Made by a program: the position numbers and the translations under genes
The notes under the pieces: generated by a model
Told to the model about the DNA's origin: nothing
Seen by the model: only the letters and a program-made list of their open reading frames with translations
The model's database searches: none
Shown: positions 62,565 to 64,000 of the stretch, one piece after another
Layout: every line of letters starts with the position of its first letter
Position numbering within the stretch: the first letter of the stretch is position 1
Assembly: GCA_963772725.1 (NCBI GenBank)
Contig: CAVYYI010000002.1
Coordinates: forward strand, 416,001 to 480,000
Origin: an uncultured Phycisphaerales bacterium
Lineage (GTDB): Bacteria; Planctomycetota; Phycisphaerae; Sedimentisphaerales; Anaerobacaceae
Length of the DNA: 64,000 nt
Reading direction: 5' to 3'

Positions 62565-63018
62565 TTATCTGGTATTTTCAGGTTTCCAATCCTTGCGGAG
62601 AGGATACTGACCTGCGGGCCAGTCGTCCGGCAAAGGGTACCTGTTTCCGGGGGGCAGGCCTTCTACCTGTACACCAAGCAAATCAACAAGTTCCCTTTCG
62701 TAAGCATCGGCTGCCGGAAAATACGGCGTTATAGTTTTCAGCTACAGGTTTTTCCTTTGGTACATTTGTATGCAAATTAAGAACTATTCCGTCTGTCCTG
62801 GCAATATGATAAATAAATCCGAGAGTCGGGCCTTCATCAAGACCTGTAATAGTCGTCAAAATCTCGAACCCAGCTCTTTCACCGCATAATCAAAAACCTC
62901 GGCAAAATTAGCCATCGGCACATCAGCAACCAGCCGCCTTACCCTCTGAACTCTTACCTTGTCGTTTAAATAACCGAATTTTTCGACAACTGCTTTTAAT
63001 ATTTTCTTCTTCTATCAT
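62565..63018 (-). CDS. NuoC/EchD-like subunit (frameshift)
   Basis: TTITGLD, YERE, DDWPAGQYPLRKD read from the minus strand; not in the ORF track. Confidence 0.8.
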
Positions 63019-63052
63019 AAATTCAAAACTCAAAACTTAAAACTATTTTCTC

Positions 63053-63481
63053 TTACTCCAAACTCGTAAGCAGTTTGACAACTCCGTCGATAATAGCCTT
63101 CGGGCTTGCGGGACAGCCCGGAATATAAACCGAAACAGGTATTACCGTATCAATGCCACCTTCCACATTATAGCAGCCGTTAAAGACTCCGCCAGAACAG
63201 GCACAGGTCCCGACCGCGACGACAAATTTCGGTTCTGGCATCTGCTCATAGATTCTTATCAGCCTGTCTTTTATCTGGTGAGTAACAGGCCCCGAACAAA
63301 CCAGCACATCGGCATGCCGCGGCGTGCCTTTCAACTGAATGCCGAATCTCTCCACATCATAACGCGGAGTCAGCGAAGCTATAATCTCAATATCGCAGGC
63401 ATTGCAAGCGCCGGTATTGAAATGCAGTATCCACGGCGACTTGATTCTTGCCCACGTAACTATTTTCTTAACCAAAGCCAT
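63053..63481 (-). CDS. Hydrogenase small subunit (NuoB/EchC-like)
   Basis: ACNACDIE, PRHAD, GTCACSGG, PGCP. Confidence 0.93.
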   Translation of the reverse strand: MALVKKIVTWARIKSPWILHFNTGACNACDIEIIASLTPRYDVERFGIQLKGTPRHADVLVCSGPVTHQIKDRLIRIYEQMPEPKFVVAVGTCACSGGVFNGCYNVEGGIDTVIPVSVYIPGCPASPKAIIDGVVKLLTSLE

Positions 63482-63833
63482 AACGGCTTACCTCCTGTAC
63501 AAAACCAACAATCCGATAATCGCTCCCAAGATATAAACTATCCGCGATGTACATCGTCCCGGCTGTAGCCGCCGGTACCGTGGCCATCATAAGGGCCACC
63601 ACGTGTAATATTGTAAAATAAAACGCGAACGGGAAAAACTGGCTGTAATCAGGCTGGATCATGTGGTCCGGAATATCCTCGCCGCATGAATACGGCATAG
63701 CCTGCCCCTTGGGCCTGTCTTTAGGCTGAAATGCCAGCTTCGACAGCAATCGCGAACCAACCAATGCCGCAAGCAATATTATTATGAATATGACCGGAGG
63801 CGAAAGTATCAAAACATTTATCATTTGCATCAA
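63468..63833 (-). CDS. NuoA-like membrane subunit
   Basis: TM helix, PYSCGE, FAFYFTILHV; likely frameshifted near the C-terminus. Confidence 0.75.
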   Translation of the reverse strand: MMQMINVLILSPPVIFIIILLAALVGSRLLSKLAFQPKDRPKGQAMPYSCGEDIPDHMIQPDYSQFFPFAFYFTILHVVALMMATVPAATAGTMYIADSLYLGSDYRIVGFVQEVSRYGFG

Positions 63834-64000
63834 CCCTTAATATTTCTAAGTAGCCTGGCGTTAACAGATTTATTATATCTGAACACACACAAAATAACAC
63901 CCACTGCCACGGCGATAACCACGACCTCTATAATGATAAGCGTTATCGCCATCGCCTGTGCCAGCGCGGTTTTGCCGGTAACATATCCCGCCAGCATGAT
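63830..64000 (-). CDS. NuoK/MnhC-like subunit, partial
   Basis: AQAMAITLIIIEVVVIAVAVG...NIKG*. Confidence 0.75.
   Translation of the reverse strand: MMLAGYVTGKTALAQAMAITLIIIEVVVIAVAVGVILCVFRYNKSVNARLLRNIKG

Noticed and set aside
1..64000. tRNA, rRNA, integrase, att sites or prophage structural genes
   Set aside because: None recognised by eye; tRNAscan-SE and Infernal would be needed to exclude them formally.

Overview
Bacterial chromosomal window, most likely from an anaerobic Planctomycetota member (Phycisphaerae/Sedimentisphaerales-like). This is inferred from the tandem prepilin/H-X9-DG proteins, XylR-type regulators, LpxB and a group 4 [NiFe] hydrogenase. The first ~15.7 kb is accessory DNA. 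It holds the end of a prokaryotic ubiquitin-like operon (E2-like protein with about 10 CxxC pairs, JAB peptidase, ThiF/E1). Next is an archaeal-looking module: two small ORFs, a coiled-coil/wHTH protein, an Orc1/Cdc6-type AAA+ initiator, a coiled-coil protein and a HerA/FtsK-type ATPase with a C-terminal wHTH. It ends in an IS pile-up (IS5 inside a GT2 gene, IS21, truncated IS982, RAYT with REP-like palindromes). The rest is mostly core: lysA, nadD, gpsA, hflX, rpsU, a PadR operon, pilT/pilB, cinA, cysK, lpxB, budA, a Mutator-like IS, PPIase, DUF4954/SIS, lepA, a hybrid kinase, a diguanylate cyclase, a GT4-GH57-debranching glucan cluster and a membrane-bound hydrogenase operon. Not in the ORF track: a 27-aa lysine-rich miniprotein, a 35-aa basic protein and three terminator-like hairpins with anti-Shine-Dalgarno (CCUCC) loops around cysK. 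A stand-alone histone-fold gene is also present. Many conserved genes carry single-base frameshifts, most likely sequencing/assembly indels, so split ORFs should not be read as pseudogenes without read evidence. All family calls come from motif recognition, not database searches.
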